Assembly: GCA_964567535.1 (NCBI GenBank)
Contig: CAZMNC010000150.1
Location: forward strand, 1 to 62,441
DNA from: an uncultured Desulfobacterales bacterium
GTDB lineage: Bacteria > Desulfobacterota > DSM-4660 > Desulfatiglandales > JALVZP01
Length of the DNA: 62,441 bases
Direction of reading: 5' to 3'
The notes beneath the pieces were generated by a model. That model worked only from the letters and a program-made list of their open reading frames with translations. It was not told the DNA's origin and ran no database searches. Positions 47,991 to 57,440 of the stretch are shown piece after piece; the first letter of the stretch is position 1; each line of letters starts with the position of its first letter. The position numbers and the translations under genes are program-made.

Positions 47991-49388
47991 TTAACCGCCA
48001 AACTTTACAGGCACTTTTGATATAATCCATCTAAATTTACCGCTAACTGTTAAAGGAATCTCATTTACATATTCTATATGTATATTCATATCATTACCCA
48101 AACGTACCTTTAAACCTGAAATTAAACGCTGAATCTGTTCCTCAGAAAAGTCTTTATCTTTTACTATTTTCAATACCACATTCTTTGTATCTTCTTGTAT
48201 AATTTGAGATTTTTTTATTCCATGGATAGGTTTAAAAGGATGTGTGAGAATAGAAGGAGAAATAAATCTTCCATCATTGGTAACAATAATATCTTCAGCC
48301 TTTGTTGTAATATCCTCAATAAGAGGAAAGCTTCTTCCACATGAACACTTCTTTAATCTGTATCTTATAATATCATTAGTTTTATATCTAATAAAAGGCA
48401 TTCCAAAGTTATGAAGACTCGTTCCTACTATCCAACCCATCTCACCTTCATTAACTGGCTCGCCCTTATCATTAACTATTTCCATTATTCCATAGTCTAA
48501 ATTTATATGATGCCCTTTATGTTTTTCACATTCAGTAGCAAAAACCACTCTTTCAGCAAGTCCATAGAAATCAAAAATCTTACATTGGAACGCCTTTTCT
48601 ATAGTATCGCGTTGAAATTCATACAAAGTCTCAGATGAAGTAAACACGGCCTTGAGAGGCAAAGTCTCATTTCTGCTTTGCATATATTTTGCCAATATAT
48701 AAACAGTAGAAGGGTATCCTTCTATAGCCTTTGGTCTAAATCTACGAAGTTTATTAACATAAAATTTAAGATTTTCTTCTGACATATGAAATGCTGATAG
48801 CCATAATTGATTATGTAAATAATCCATTCTCCAAAAAGGGGGATTTTTTTGAGATATAGGCACTATCACTCTACCCAAAACTAAAGCATATTTGTCACCA
48901 TATATTACACCAGCCCATATCTTTTGCCGCCAATCAACCACATTATTGACTAAACACATGTTTAAATCCCAATAAAATTGTAAAGGAGACCCTGTGGTTC
49001 CGCTTGTATGTCCTTCCCTCAATTGAGAAAATTTAAATTTTTTAGAAATCAAACGTTTTATATTTGTTTTAACTATCTCTCGCGTCAGCAAAGGTAACTT
49101 TACAAGATCTTCTTGAGTATGAATATCATCAGGTTTTAATTTCCTTTTTTGCATAACTTCTTGAAAATATGGTACTGTCTCATAAGCAAATTTTATAAGC
49201 TGCCTTAATCTTATATTTTGATACTCTCTTAGTTCATCTATGGATAAATATTCATCTCTAATAAATTGCTCCAATAATTTTCTAAACTTAGTGCCATATC
49301 TTTCTATATGTATCTTAAAAGCATATATATTAAGAGCCAATGTCTGAAGAGGATAAGGTAAAATCTCATATAACTTTTGTGTATGCAT
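47991..49388 (-). CDS. Phenylacetate-CoA ligase-family (PaaK/CapK/F390-synthetase-like) adenylate-forming enzyme
   Basis: HTSGTTGSPLQFYW (AMP-binding P-loop-like motif). YGLAERV, and C-terminal ..SGKFRWI.. Lys motif. 465 aa. Confidence 0.75.
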   Translation of the reverse strand: MHTQKLYEILPYPLQTLALNIYAFKIHIERYGTKFRKLLEQFIRDEYLSIDELREYQNIRLRQLIKFAYETVPYFQEVMQKRKLKPDDIHTQEDLVKLPLLTREIVKTNIKRLISKKFKFSQLREGHTSGTTGSPLQFYWDLNMCLVNNVVDWRQKIWAGVIYGDKYALVLGRVIVPISQKNPPFWRMDYLHNQLWLSAFHMSEENLKFYVNKLRRFRPKAIEGYPSTVYILAKYMQSRNETLPLKAVFTSSETLYEFQRDTIEKAFQCKIFDFYGLAERVVFATECEKHKGHHINLDYGIMEIVNDKGEPVNEGEMGWIVGTSLHNFGMPFIRYKTNDIIRYRLKKCSCGRSFPLIEDITTKAEDIIVTNDGRFISPSILTHPFKPIHGIKKSQIIQEDTKNVVLKIVKDKDFSEEQIQRLISGLKVRLGNDMNIHIEYVNEIPLTVSGKFRWIISKVPVKFGG

Positions 49389-49390
49389 TA

Positions 49391-50587
49391 TTAATTTCCA
49401 ACCTTATTATAAAGATATGCCAATTTTTGGCCTATTTTTGAAAAATCATATTTTTTAAGTACTAATTCTCTACAATTTTTAGATAAATAATTACACAATT
49501 TTATATCATTGAATAATCTATCTATTTGATATACAAACTCATGAGGAGTTCTTGCCAATAATAAATGTTTTTCTGGTTCCGCTTCAATACCCTCAATAGA
49601 AACGGGATGTGCTACAATAGGTTTTGCCATCGACATTGCATCCAGTATCTTTAACTTTGTACCTCCTCCATCTCTAATAGGACAAATATATACATGTGCC
49701 TTCTCCAAATATGGCCTAACATCATCAACAAATCCTGTAACTATAAAATTACTATCTTTTTTGGCTATTGATAAAATAGATCGTGGTGGATCATGTCCAA
49801 TAATAATAACTTTAACGTTTGGCCAATTCTTTTTTAGAATAGGCCAGATTTCTCTACAAAAAAAGATAACAGCATCTCTGTTTGGGTACCAATTCATACC
49901 ACCTGCAAATACTAAGGTCTGAGGATCAAATCCTTTTTGAGAAGGCTTGAAATAGTCAACATCTACTCCATTTGGGATAACCTCAATATTAATTTCAGGA
50001 CATATTTTCAATAAACGTCTTTTATCAAGTTCAGAAACCGTAATGTTATAATTAAACATAGAACATATCTTATTTTCATAGTATCTCAGTTTCAATGACT
50101 CTATAAAAAAATAGAGTTTTCGGTATAGATTTTTTTCTTTTAAAGAACGCCTAAACATCATCTGAGACTCTATATTATGATGGTTAAGAACCTTAGGAGT
50201 ACTTTTAATTTCACGTATATATTCTGCCATATCAATAGAATCAAAATGAATACAATCAAATTTATCTAAACCAGTTAAGTTAATAATTAAATTTTTCATT
50301 CTATCAAAATACAACCATTGGCATGTATATGGTTTTAAAGAAAAAAGGCTTTTAAAAGCTATTATTTTCTTATTAATAGATACATTGATAACAGTTACTT
50401 TGTAACAAAATTTATTTAACTCAAAGATCCCCTTTTTTACATCTATTGGATATTCTACATTATGATCAACGCTAAGCAAATGAATATCATGAAATTTTGA
50501 CACATGTTTTATTAGATTATAAGTTCTCTGTAAGACCCCTCCTTTTGGAGGATAAGGAAAGATATGAGAAAGCCATAATATTTTCAT
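49391..50587 (-). CDS. Family 4 glycosyltransferase
   Basis: MKILWLSHIFPYPPKGGVLQR N-terminus and the GT4 C-terminal block GGGTKLKILDAMSMAKPIV. Start set at ATG 50587, immediately after the upstream stop at 50590. Confidence 0.8.
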   Translation of the reverse strand: MKILWLSHIFPYPPKGGVLQRTYNLIKHVSKFHDIHLLSVDHNVEYPIDVKKGIFELNKFCYKVTVINVSINKKIIAFKSLFSLKPYTCQWLYFDRMKNLIINLTGLDKFDCIHFDSIDMAEYIREIKSTPKVLNHHNIESQMMFRRSLKEKNLYRKLYFFIESLKLRYYENKICSMFNYNITVSELDKRRLLKICPEINIEVIPNGVDVDYFKPSQKGFDPQTLVFAGGMNWYPNRDAVIFFCREIWPILKKNWPNVKVIIIGHDPPRSILSIAKKDSNFIVTGFVDDVRPYLEKAHVYICPIRDGGGTKLKILDAMSMAKPIVAHPVSIEGIEAEPEKHLLLARTPHEFVYQIDRLFNDIKLCNYLSKNCRELVLKKYDFSKIGQKLAYLYNKVGN

Positions 50588-50589
50588 TA

Positions 50590-51384
50590 TTAAACCTTTG
50601 TCAATATACAATCTACCCTATTTATAAAAAATTCTCTAAAAAAAGGCAATTTAGCAAAAATATGAAGTTTTTTTATAGGTATGTACTTAAGATATTCTAC
50701 TGAGAAACCAGATTTTTTTATTATATCTTCAAATTTAGATACGGTGATCTTATTAAGTCCTCCTTCTACTTCTTCATAATGCTGTGCCCTATCCTGTCTG
50801 AAATATGATCTAATTTTCATTACTGTCTTTTCTCTAAATATTATATGAACCCAAGGAATTTTTGTGAAAAAATGCATATGCGCGCCATATGGAGCATACC
50901 ATGGGGGACCAAATGTTATATATGTCTTACCCCTTTTTTTTAAAACTCTATGCCACAATTCAACTATCTTTTCAGGATCACTATAATGTTCAAAACTATT
51001 TTGACTAATTATAATATCAAAAAATTCTGAAAATGATTTCAAATCTATACATGTATCAAACCTAACCTTATCTTCAAGATTAAAACGAGTAAGCATTTTT
51101 TTGCCTTTTTCAAATACATCCCTTCTTATGTCAATACCAAACACGAATTTGGCACCACTTAATGCCATAGCTATAGCTTGTAGTCCAACTCCACACCCAT
51201 AATCAAGTACTACTTTGTCTTTAATTTCACTTAAAAATTTTTTTCCAAAAGCCAAAATCAAAGTATCCAAAGCCGTATCAAGACTTGTTTCAGGTGAAAA
51301 TGATCTTATCTTACTAAAAGAAAGCAGTATTCTTTCTCCTATTTTCATAGCTACCTCCTTGGATATTCTTGAATATTTTGACAA
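50590..51384 (-). CDS. Class I SAM-dependent methyltransferase
   Basis: Motif I VLDYGCGVGLQAIAMALSG and post-I acidic FGIDI. 264 aa. Confidence 0.8.
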   Translation of the reverse strand: MSKYSRISKEVAMKIGERILLSFSKIRSFSPETSLDTALDTLILAFGKKFLSEIKDKVVLDYGCGVGLQAIAMALSGAKFVFGIDIRRDVFEKGKKMLTRFNLEDKVRFDTCIDLKSFSEFFDIIISQNSFEHYSDPEKIVELWHRVLKKRGKTYITFGPPWYAPYGAHMHFFTKIPWVHIIFREKTVMKIRSYFRQDRAQHYEEVEGGLNKITVSKFEDIIKKSGFSVEYLKYIPIKKLHIFAKLPFFREFFINRVDCILTKV

Positions 51385-51451
51385 ATTTATATTTCTATTT
51401 TATACAATAATTTTAAAATAAAGTGCATTTCTTATATTGTTAAAGGTTTAG

Positions 51452-52072
51452 ATGAGTATAAATATAATTTTTTTAGTGCGTCATGGCGTAACAGATTGGA
51501 ATATATATCCAAAAAGATTTCAGGGCAGAAGAGATATCCCTTTAAACACTACTGGTATTCAACAGGCTTATGCATTAGCAAATTATTTCAAAAATATCAA
51601 AATTGATTATATAATCAGCAGTCCTTTGAGGAGGGCTTATCAAACTGCAAAAATAATAAATAAATTTCACAAATTACCCATCAAAATATGCGACCAGCTT
51701 ATGGAGATGCACTTTGGACATTGGGAAGGAAAAACAATATACGAAATAAAACATAAATTTCCTCAATTATGGAATCTTTGGGAAGAAGAACCTGAAAAGC
51801 TTAGAATACCTCAAGCAGAAACCTTAGATGACCTTATAAAAAGGATATTATCTGTTATAAAAAAGTTAAGTAATATATCATCTGGGATAAAATTAATAAT
51901 TGGTCATGGTTCTTGGATCAGAGCTTTTATTGCAAATATAGTACTTAAAAAAGCATCTTTATTTAACAAAATCCCTCAAAATAATGCCGCTATTAATATA
52001 CTTTATCTTGAAAATAGCAAAAATTTGAGATTAATATTATATAATTTTACACAATATTTAAAAATTTATTAA
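51452..52072 (+). CDS. Histidine phosphatase-family (phosphoglycerate-mutase-like) protein
   Basis: Catalytic RHG (FLVRHGVTDWN), SSPLRRAYQTA, and second His in IIGHGSWIRAF. Confidence 0.85.
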   Translation: MSINIIFLVRHGVTDWNIYPKRFQGRRDIPLNTTGIQQAYALANYFKNIKIDYIISSPLRRAYQTAKIINKFHKLPIKICDQLMEMHFGHWEGKTIYEIKHKFPQLWNLWEEEPEKLRIPQAETLDDLIKRILSVIKKLSNISSGIKLIIGHGSWIRAFIANIVLKKASLFNKIPQNNAAINILYLENSKNLRLILYNFTQYLKIY

Positions 52073-52085
52073 TGAGGGAATTGAT

Positions 52086-52853
52086 ATGGGTAACTATTTT
52101 AAAGACTCTCTTTATATCCCAAAAAGGACTAAAAAGCCCAGGGAATATGGAATTACGGTTATAAGTGATCAAGGGCTTGGAATCAGAGCAATAAAAGATT
52201 TAGTCGAAACAGCTGGAGAACATATTGACTTTGTAAAATTTAGTATTGGCACCGCTTATGTAACTTTAAATGTACAAGAAAAAATAGAGTTATATAAAAA
52301 GAACAATATAGAAGTATTTTTTGGAGGAACTTTATTTGAGATATATGCAGTTCAAAATAGAGTTGACCAATATAAGATATTGCTAAAAAAATTGGGGCTT
52401 AATTATGTAGAAATATCAAATGGTTTGGCACAAATAAGTGATGAAGATAAATTAAAATATGTAAATGAATTTAAAGAAGACTTTAATGTAATTTCTGAGG
52501 TTGGATGTAAAGATGAAGAAATAATAACTCCTCCTTACAAATGGGTTCAAATGATCAAAGATACTCTGGACGCAGGGGCAGCTTATGTAATAGCTGAAGG
52601 AAGAGAAAGTGGAAATGCAGGACTATATAGACAATCAAAAGAAGTAAGAATGGGCCTTATTGAGGAAATTATATATCATATTTCGCCAAAAAAGATTATA
52701 TTTGAGGCTCCTTTATTAGAGCAACAAGTATTTTTTATTAATAAAATTGGGCCAAATGTTAATTTAGGTAATATAATAGCAAAAGATATTATACTTTTAG
52801 AGGCTCAGCGATGTGGCCTAAAATATGAGACATTTATGCTAACAAAACTTTAA
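52086..52853 (+). CDS. comA: (2R)-phospho-3-sulfolactate synthase (ComA family)
   Basis: Collinear blocks shared with archaeal ComA as recalled: GEHIDFVKFSIGTAYV, GGTLFEI, NYVEISNG, LDAGAAYVIAEGRESG, IIFEAPLLEQQVFFINKIGPNVNLGNI, LEAQRCGL. Confidence 0.85.
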   Translation: MGNYFKDSLYIPKRTKKPREYGITVISDQGLGIRAIKDLVETAGEHIDFVKFSIGTAYVTLNVQEKIELYKKNNIEVFFGGTLFEIYAVQNRVDQYKILLKKLGLNYVEISNGLAQISDEDKLKYVNEFKEDFNVISEVGCKDEEIITPPYKWVQMIKDTLDAGAAYVIAEGRESGNAGLYRQSKEVRMGLIEEIIYHISPKKIIFEAPLLEQQVFFINKIGPNVNLGNIIAKDIILLEAQRCGLKYETFMLTKL

Positions 52854-52859
52854 CAGAAA

Positions 52860-54086
52860 ATGTTTCCATATAAAAATTTTATAAGAAAGAATGGCTTTAT
52901 ACCAGTAGCTTTAGTTTTTGGTGCTGAATGGGTAAATGGCTTAGCTATTATAAGAGCCCTTGGAGAAAAAAGGGTTAATATTTATGCATTAAGTAAATAT
53001 GCAAATGCTATAGGTTTTTATTCACGATATATTAAGAATTATATAATCCATCCAGACCCTTATAAAAACCCTAAATTATTTTTGGAGGTAATGATAAATA
53101 CAGGTGAAAAATTGCTTAATAAAAATGAAAAAGGTGTTATATTTCCTGTAAGTGATTTAGAAGTTAAACTATTAACAGAAAATAAAGAAAAATTACAAAA
53201 ATATTTTATATTTACCTTTTCTGATATAAAAAGCACTGTTATCAGATGTATTGATAAAAAGTACCATTTTGAAAATGCTGTTAAAAACTCTGTTCCTGTT
53301 CCAAAAACATACTTTCCTAATAAATTAGAAGAATTATATTTTGATCTCCAAAACAATAAAATAGATTATCCTATTCTTTTTAAAGCTCGACATTCATTAG
53401 TATCAAACATTCGAGAAAAATACAGAGTCATTTTAATAAGGGATCAAAATCAACTAAATAAAATTGTTAAATTGGCTACAAAAGATAAAGTACCATTCTT
53501 GATTCAGGAAGTCATACCCGGAGGTGATGAAAATCTATATACATTGGGCACTTATATGAGCAAAAAAGGGAGTTTTAAAGCTATTTTTACAGGAAGAAAA
53601 CTTAGACAAAAACCCCCTCATTTTGGGATATGCAGAGTGGGAGAAAGCATATATTCCCCTAAAATTATAGGGTATGGGTATAAATTACTAAAGGCTATTA
53701 ATTTTTTTGGTATTTCACAGGTGGAATTTAAATATGATTATAGAGATGATGAATTTAAACTAATGGAAATTAATCCAAGGAGTTGGTCTTGGATTGGATT
53801 ACCAGTAAAAATGGGGATAAATATCCCTTATATAGCATTCTGTGATGTATTAGGTATTAATGAAAAATGTCCACCACCACATATATGCTCCAAAAGATAT
53901 CTATGGATATCTATTGAAGATGATATATTGACGTCTATTAAATTTAAGGATGGATTTCCTCTTAAGCACCTTTTGTCAAATATGAATAATCTTTGTGAAG
54001 CATATTTTTCCCTTAAAGATCCCATACCCTGGGTATATCATATTAATGAATTAATGAGCAATATGATAAAAAGATATGCAAATTAA
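52860..54086 (+). CDS. ATP-grasp-fold carboxylate-amine ligase-like protein
   Basis: 408 aa. Pre-ATP-grasp Rossmann-like N-terminus (PVALVFGAEWVNGLAIIRALG), central PILFKARHS / FLIQEVIPGG, and C-terminal GISQVEFKYD..FKLMEINPR (ATP-grasp Mg/ATP loop). Confidence 0.7.
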   Translation: MFPYKNFIRKNGFIPVALVFGAEWVNGLAIIRALGEKRVNIYALSKYANAIGFYSRYIKNYIIHPDPYKNPKLFLEVMINTGEKLLNKNEKGVIFPVSDLEVKLLTENKEKLQKYFIFTFSDIKSTVIRCIDKKYHFENAVKNSVPVPKTYFPNKLEELYFDLQNNKIDYPILFKARHSLVSNIREKYRVILIRDQNQLNKIVKLATKDKVPFLIQEVIPGGDENLYTLGTYMSKKGSFKAIFTGRKLRQKPPHFGICRVGESIYSPKIIGYGYKLLKAINFFGISQVEFKYDYRDDEFKLMEINPRSWSWIGLPVKMGINIPYIAFCDVLGINEKCPPPHICSKRYLWISIEDDILTSIKFKDGFPLKHLLSNMNNLCEAYFSLKDPIPWVYHINELMSNMIKRYAN

Positions 54087-55197
54087 CATATTATACCTAA
54101 TAGAAACCATAGGACCAGGTGGCGCGGAAAAGATGCTTATTGATTTAACTTCAAATATAAATAAAAAATTTTTTCATCCTATAGTCTGCTTAACAAAAAA
54201 AGGTTGGCTTTCCGAGAAGTTAAAATATCAAAACACAGAAACTATTATAATAGAAAGCAAAAAAAGATTTGATTTTATATGGTCTATAAAGATAGCACAA
54301 TTTATAAAAAGAAGAAAAATAGACTTATTGCATACTCATCTTTTAGATTCTAATTTCTATGGGGCAATAGCGTCTTTGCTGGCTAAGTGTCCACAAGTTT
54401 GCACAGAACACGGCGATGCCCATCATTCTATATATAAAAAAGATATATCTATATGGACTAAATATTTTTTTATAGCTTTGATTGCTCATAAAATTATTGC
54501 GGTATCAAAATTCACTGCTAATAAACTAAAAAAGATGATCTACTTCAAAGACAAAATATCTGTAATCTACAATGGAATAGATACTAGCATATTTGAACTT
54601 AATAATAAGGAAGATAGAATTCTTATAAGAAAATCCTTGGGAATTCCTGATAATGCAATAATTGTCATATGTGTTGCCAACCTATATCCTGCTAAAGGGC
54701 ATGAAACACTACTCAAAGCCATATCTTTAATATATGATAAATTACCAAATTTACATGTAATATTAGCTGGGAAGGGACAACTAAAAGACACTATTGAAAA
54801 ACAAGCAAATATTCTAAGGATTCAAAATAGAATTCATATACTTGGTCTTAGAAATGATGTGCCTGATCTTTTGAAAGCTTCTGATATATTTGTATTACCT
54901 TCTTTTTCAGAAGCTATGCCTTTATCATTACTGGAAGCCATAAGCTCTGGACTGCCCGTAATTGCAACTAACGTGGGAGGAATTCCTGAAATAATAGAAC
55001 ACAAAAAATCAGGTTTCATAATTCCTCCAGGAGATTACAAATTATTGGCAATGAAAATATTAGAATTAGCAATATGCGATAAAGAAAGAAAGGATATGGG
55101 ATTACAAGCAAAAAAAATAGCAAGAAAAAAGTTTGATATATCTATTATGACTTCACAGTACGAAGCTATCTATAAAGAATATGCCAAGAAAAAATAA
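54076..55197 (+). CDS. Family 4 glycosyltransferase
   Basis: ILYLIETIGPGGAEKM N-terminus and the EX7E block PSFSEAMPLSLLEAISSGLPVIATNVGGIPEII. Confidence 0.85.
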   Translation: MQINILYLIETIGPGGAEKMLIDLTSNINKKFFHPIVCLTKKGWLSEKLKYQNTETIIIESKKRFDFIWSIKIAQFIKRRKIDLLHTHLLDSNFYGAIASLLAKCPQVCTEHGDAHHSIYKKDISIWTKYFFIALIAHKIIAVSKFTANKLKKMIYFKDKISVIYNGIDTSIFELNNKEDRILIRKSLGIPDNAIIVICVANLYPAKGHETLLKAISLIYDKLPNLHVILAGKGQLKDTIEKQANILRIQNRIHILGLRNDVPDLLKASDIFVLPSFSEAMPLSLLEAISSGLPVIATNVGGIPEIIEHKKSGFIIPPGDYKLLAMKILELAICDKERKDMGLQAKKIARKKFDISIMTSQYEAIYKEYAKKK

Positions 55198-56455
55198 CAG
55201 GATAGATACCCCTTTTATTATATTAATGTTATATCTTTTCTTTGACTATGGCAGACCTCAAGCTTTCTTTCCTATAATTGGAAAATTACATCCCGGATAT
55301 ATATTACACTTATCACTTTTATGGTTACTGTTTAAGGAAAATAAATTATTTAACATTGAGGATACCCAAGTTAAAGCATTTATATTAATTTTGGCAATAA
55401 TGATAATCCATATACCTTTTTCAGAAAACAATTATTGGGCATTTGAAGGATGGAGAAATACTTTTCTATATTTTATAGTGTTCATGAGTATCATTAGTTT
55501 CATAACTACATATGAGCAATTAGAAAAATTTATTAAAAGATGGCTTATGATAATGATATTCTGTTCGATTGTTGGAATAAAATCTGGTGGCAAGGTCCCT
55601 AATTCTCCATTTATGGGTGATGAGAATGACTTTGCATTAGTTATGAACATGGCAATAGGAATGTCATATTTTATGTATTTTTATTCAGATACATTTAGTA
55701 AAAAAATATTTTATCTTTTTGCAATTGTATTATTTTTATGGGCAAACATAGCCTCTTTATCAAGAGGGGGCTTTGTTGGACTTATTGGTACAGCATTTTA
55801 TATATGGTTTAGAAGCCCAAAAAAAATGATTACCACCATATTTGCTGTATTATTCGCCATTATTTTTGCAAGCCTTGCTCCATCTTCTTATTGGAAAGAA
55901 ATGAAAACAATTAGACAAGAGGGAATACATAAAGGTACAGGTGGAGCACGTTGGTATTTATGGAAATGTGCATGGAAAATGTTTCTTCATCATCCTATAA
56001 TAGGTGTAGGTCAAAATAATTTTCCATGGACAGTAGGAAAATATGAACCAAAAGAAGAACAAAAAAGATATGCAGGAAGATCACATGTGGGCAGAGTTTG
56101 TCATTCTCTATATTTCACCATATTATCTGAATTGGGAGCATTAGGAACATTTTTATACTTTCTTATTTTTTTTAAATCCAGAAAAGATTTGATTCCTATC
56201 TTAAAATATGAATATTATTATTCCTCATTAATAGAAAATTTAGAAATTCATTTGTTTTTTCAGAAACTTAGGTATATAGTATATGGTGTTGAATGTAGTT
56301 TAGCAGCATATTTTTGGACAGGGATATTTTTAACAGTATGTTATTATCCACATTTTTGGGTATTTAATGGTCTTATGATAGCAATAAGAAATGTTTTAAA
56401 TAACACTTTAATAGAATTCCAGAGCAAAAAAGTATTGTTATTTAATGAACCATAA
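55181..56455 (+). CDS. O-antigen ligase/polymerase-like (Wzy_C-type) membrane protein
   Basis: About 10 TM segments. SLSRGGFVGLIGTAFYIW and GVGQNNFPW blocks are typical of the O-antigen ligase family. Confidence 0.75.
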   Translation: MPRKNNRIDTPFIILMLYLFFDYGRPQAFFPIIGKLHPGYILHLSLLWLLFKENKLFNIEDTQVKAFILILAIMIIHIPFSENNYWAFEGWRNTFLYFIVFMSIISFITTYEQLEKFIKRWLMIMIFCSIVGIKSGGKVPNSPFMGDENDFALVMNMAIGMSYFMYFYSDTFSKKIFYLFAIVLFLWANIASLSRGGFVGLIGTAFYIWFRSPKKMITTIFAVLFAIIFASLAPSSYWKEMKTIRQEGIHKGTGGARWYLWKCAWKMFLHHPIIGVGQNNFPWTVGKYEPKEEQKRYAGRSHVGRVCHSLYFTILSELGALGTFLYFLIFFKSRKDLIPILKYEYYYSSLIENLEIHLFFQKLRYIVYGVECSLAAYFWTGIFLTVCYYPHFWVFNGLMIAIRNVLNNTLIEFQSKKVLLFNEP

Positions 56456-57440
56456 TCTTTCATTAATAGAGATATTATTGGATATTGCGGTAGAGCTACT
56501 GGGAGGAGATATTGGGTCAATTATGCTTATAGATCCTAAGGAAGAGGGAATTTTAAAAATAGCTGCAGCCAAAGGCCTTCCTAAGGATCTTATAAATAAA
56601 GCAAAAGTAAAAATAGGCACGTGCATTGCGGGTAAGGTTATAACCTGTGGATTGCCTGTTGTAATAAGAGCACAACAAGAAAAAAAAGAAATTGGAATAC
56701 TAAAAGATGATCTTAAACGAAAAGACATTAATTGGTCTTTTATATTACCTATATATCACGGAAATATACCAATAGGAGTTATCAATATTGCATGTCTAAA
56801 TTCAGAAATTGAATTTGAATATCCATTAGATATTATATCTAAAAATTTGACTAAGTTAATAAACAGGTATCTTTTCTATTTATCAAAGAATGTATATATG
56901 CCTGCTATAGGTATTATATCTTATATACACGAGATAACAGTTGACCCTTTAACAGGACTTTACACCTATGGTCAACTATGGGCCAGATTAGAAGAGGAAA
57001 TAAACAGATCAAAACGATTTGGATATAATATAGCTATTGTTATGGTAGATATTGATCATTTTAAAAATATAAATATACGATTTGGATACCAGGTAGGAGA
57101 TAAGCTTTTACAAAATTTTAGTGAGTGGATGAGAGAGGAATTAAGAAAATATTCTGTTATTGCAAGAACTGGTGGAGCAAAGTTTACTATAATGCTTCCA
57201 GAAACTGATATGCCAGGTGGCATAAAAGTTGCAAAAAGGCTTCTGTGGGGAATAAATGAGATAAGCAAAAAAATGAAATTAAATGAACAAATAACTCTTA
57301 GCATTGGAATTTCAGAATTTCCAAAAAATGCAGATTCAGCTACACAGTTATTAGAAAAAGCGGAAGAGTCGCTCATTTCTGCCAAAATAATGGGCGGGGA
57401 TTCTATAAAAACAGCAACAGAACAGCCAATTTTAGAATGA
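56445..57440 (+). CDS. GAF domain fused to a catalytically degenerate GGDEF domain
   Basis: GAF (GGDIGSIMLIDPKEEGILKIAAAKGLP). GGDEF fold (DPLTGLYTYGQL, MVDIDHFKNINIRFGYQVGD) in which the signature pentapeptide reads GGAKF (57171-57185), the ND metal ligand reads NI, and the I-site position reads RKYS. Confidence 0.8.
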   Translation: MNHNLSLIEILLDIAVELLGGDIGSIMLIDPKEEGILKIAAAKGLPKDLINKAKVKIGTCIAGKVITCGLPVVIRAQQEKKEIGILKDDLKRKDINWSFILPIYHGNIPIGVINIACLNSEIEFEYPLDIISKNLTKLINRYLFYLSKNVYMPAIGIISYIHEITVDPLTGLYTYGQLWARLEEEINRSKRFGYNIAIVMVDIDHFKNINIRFGYQVGDKLLQNFSEWMREELRKYSVIARTGGAKFTIMLPETDMPGGIKVAKRLLWGINEISKKMKLNEQITLSIGISEFPKNADSATQLLEKAEESLISAKIMGGDSIKTATEQPILE

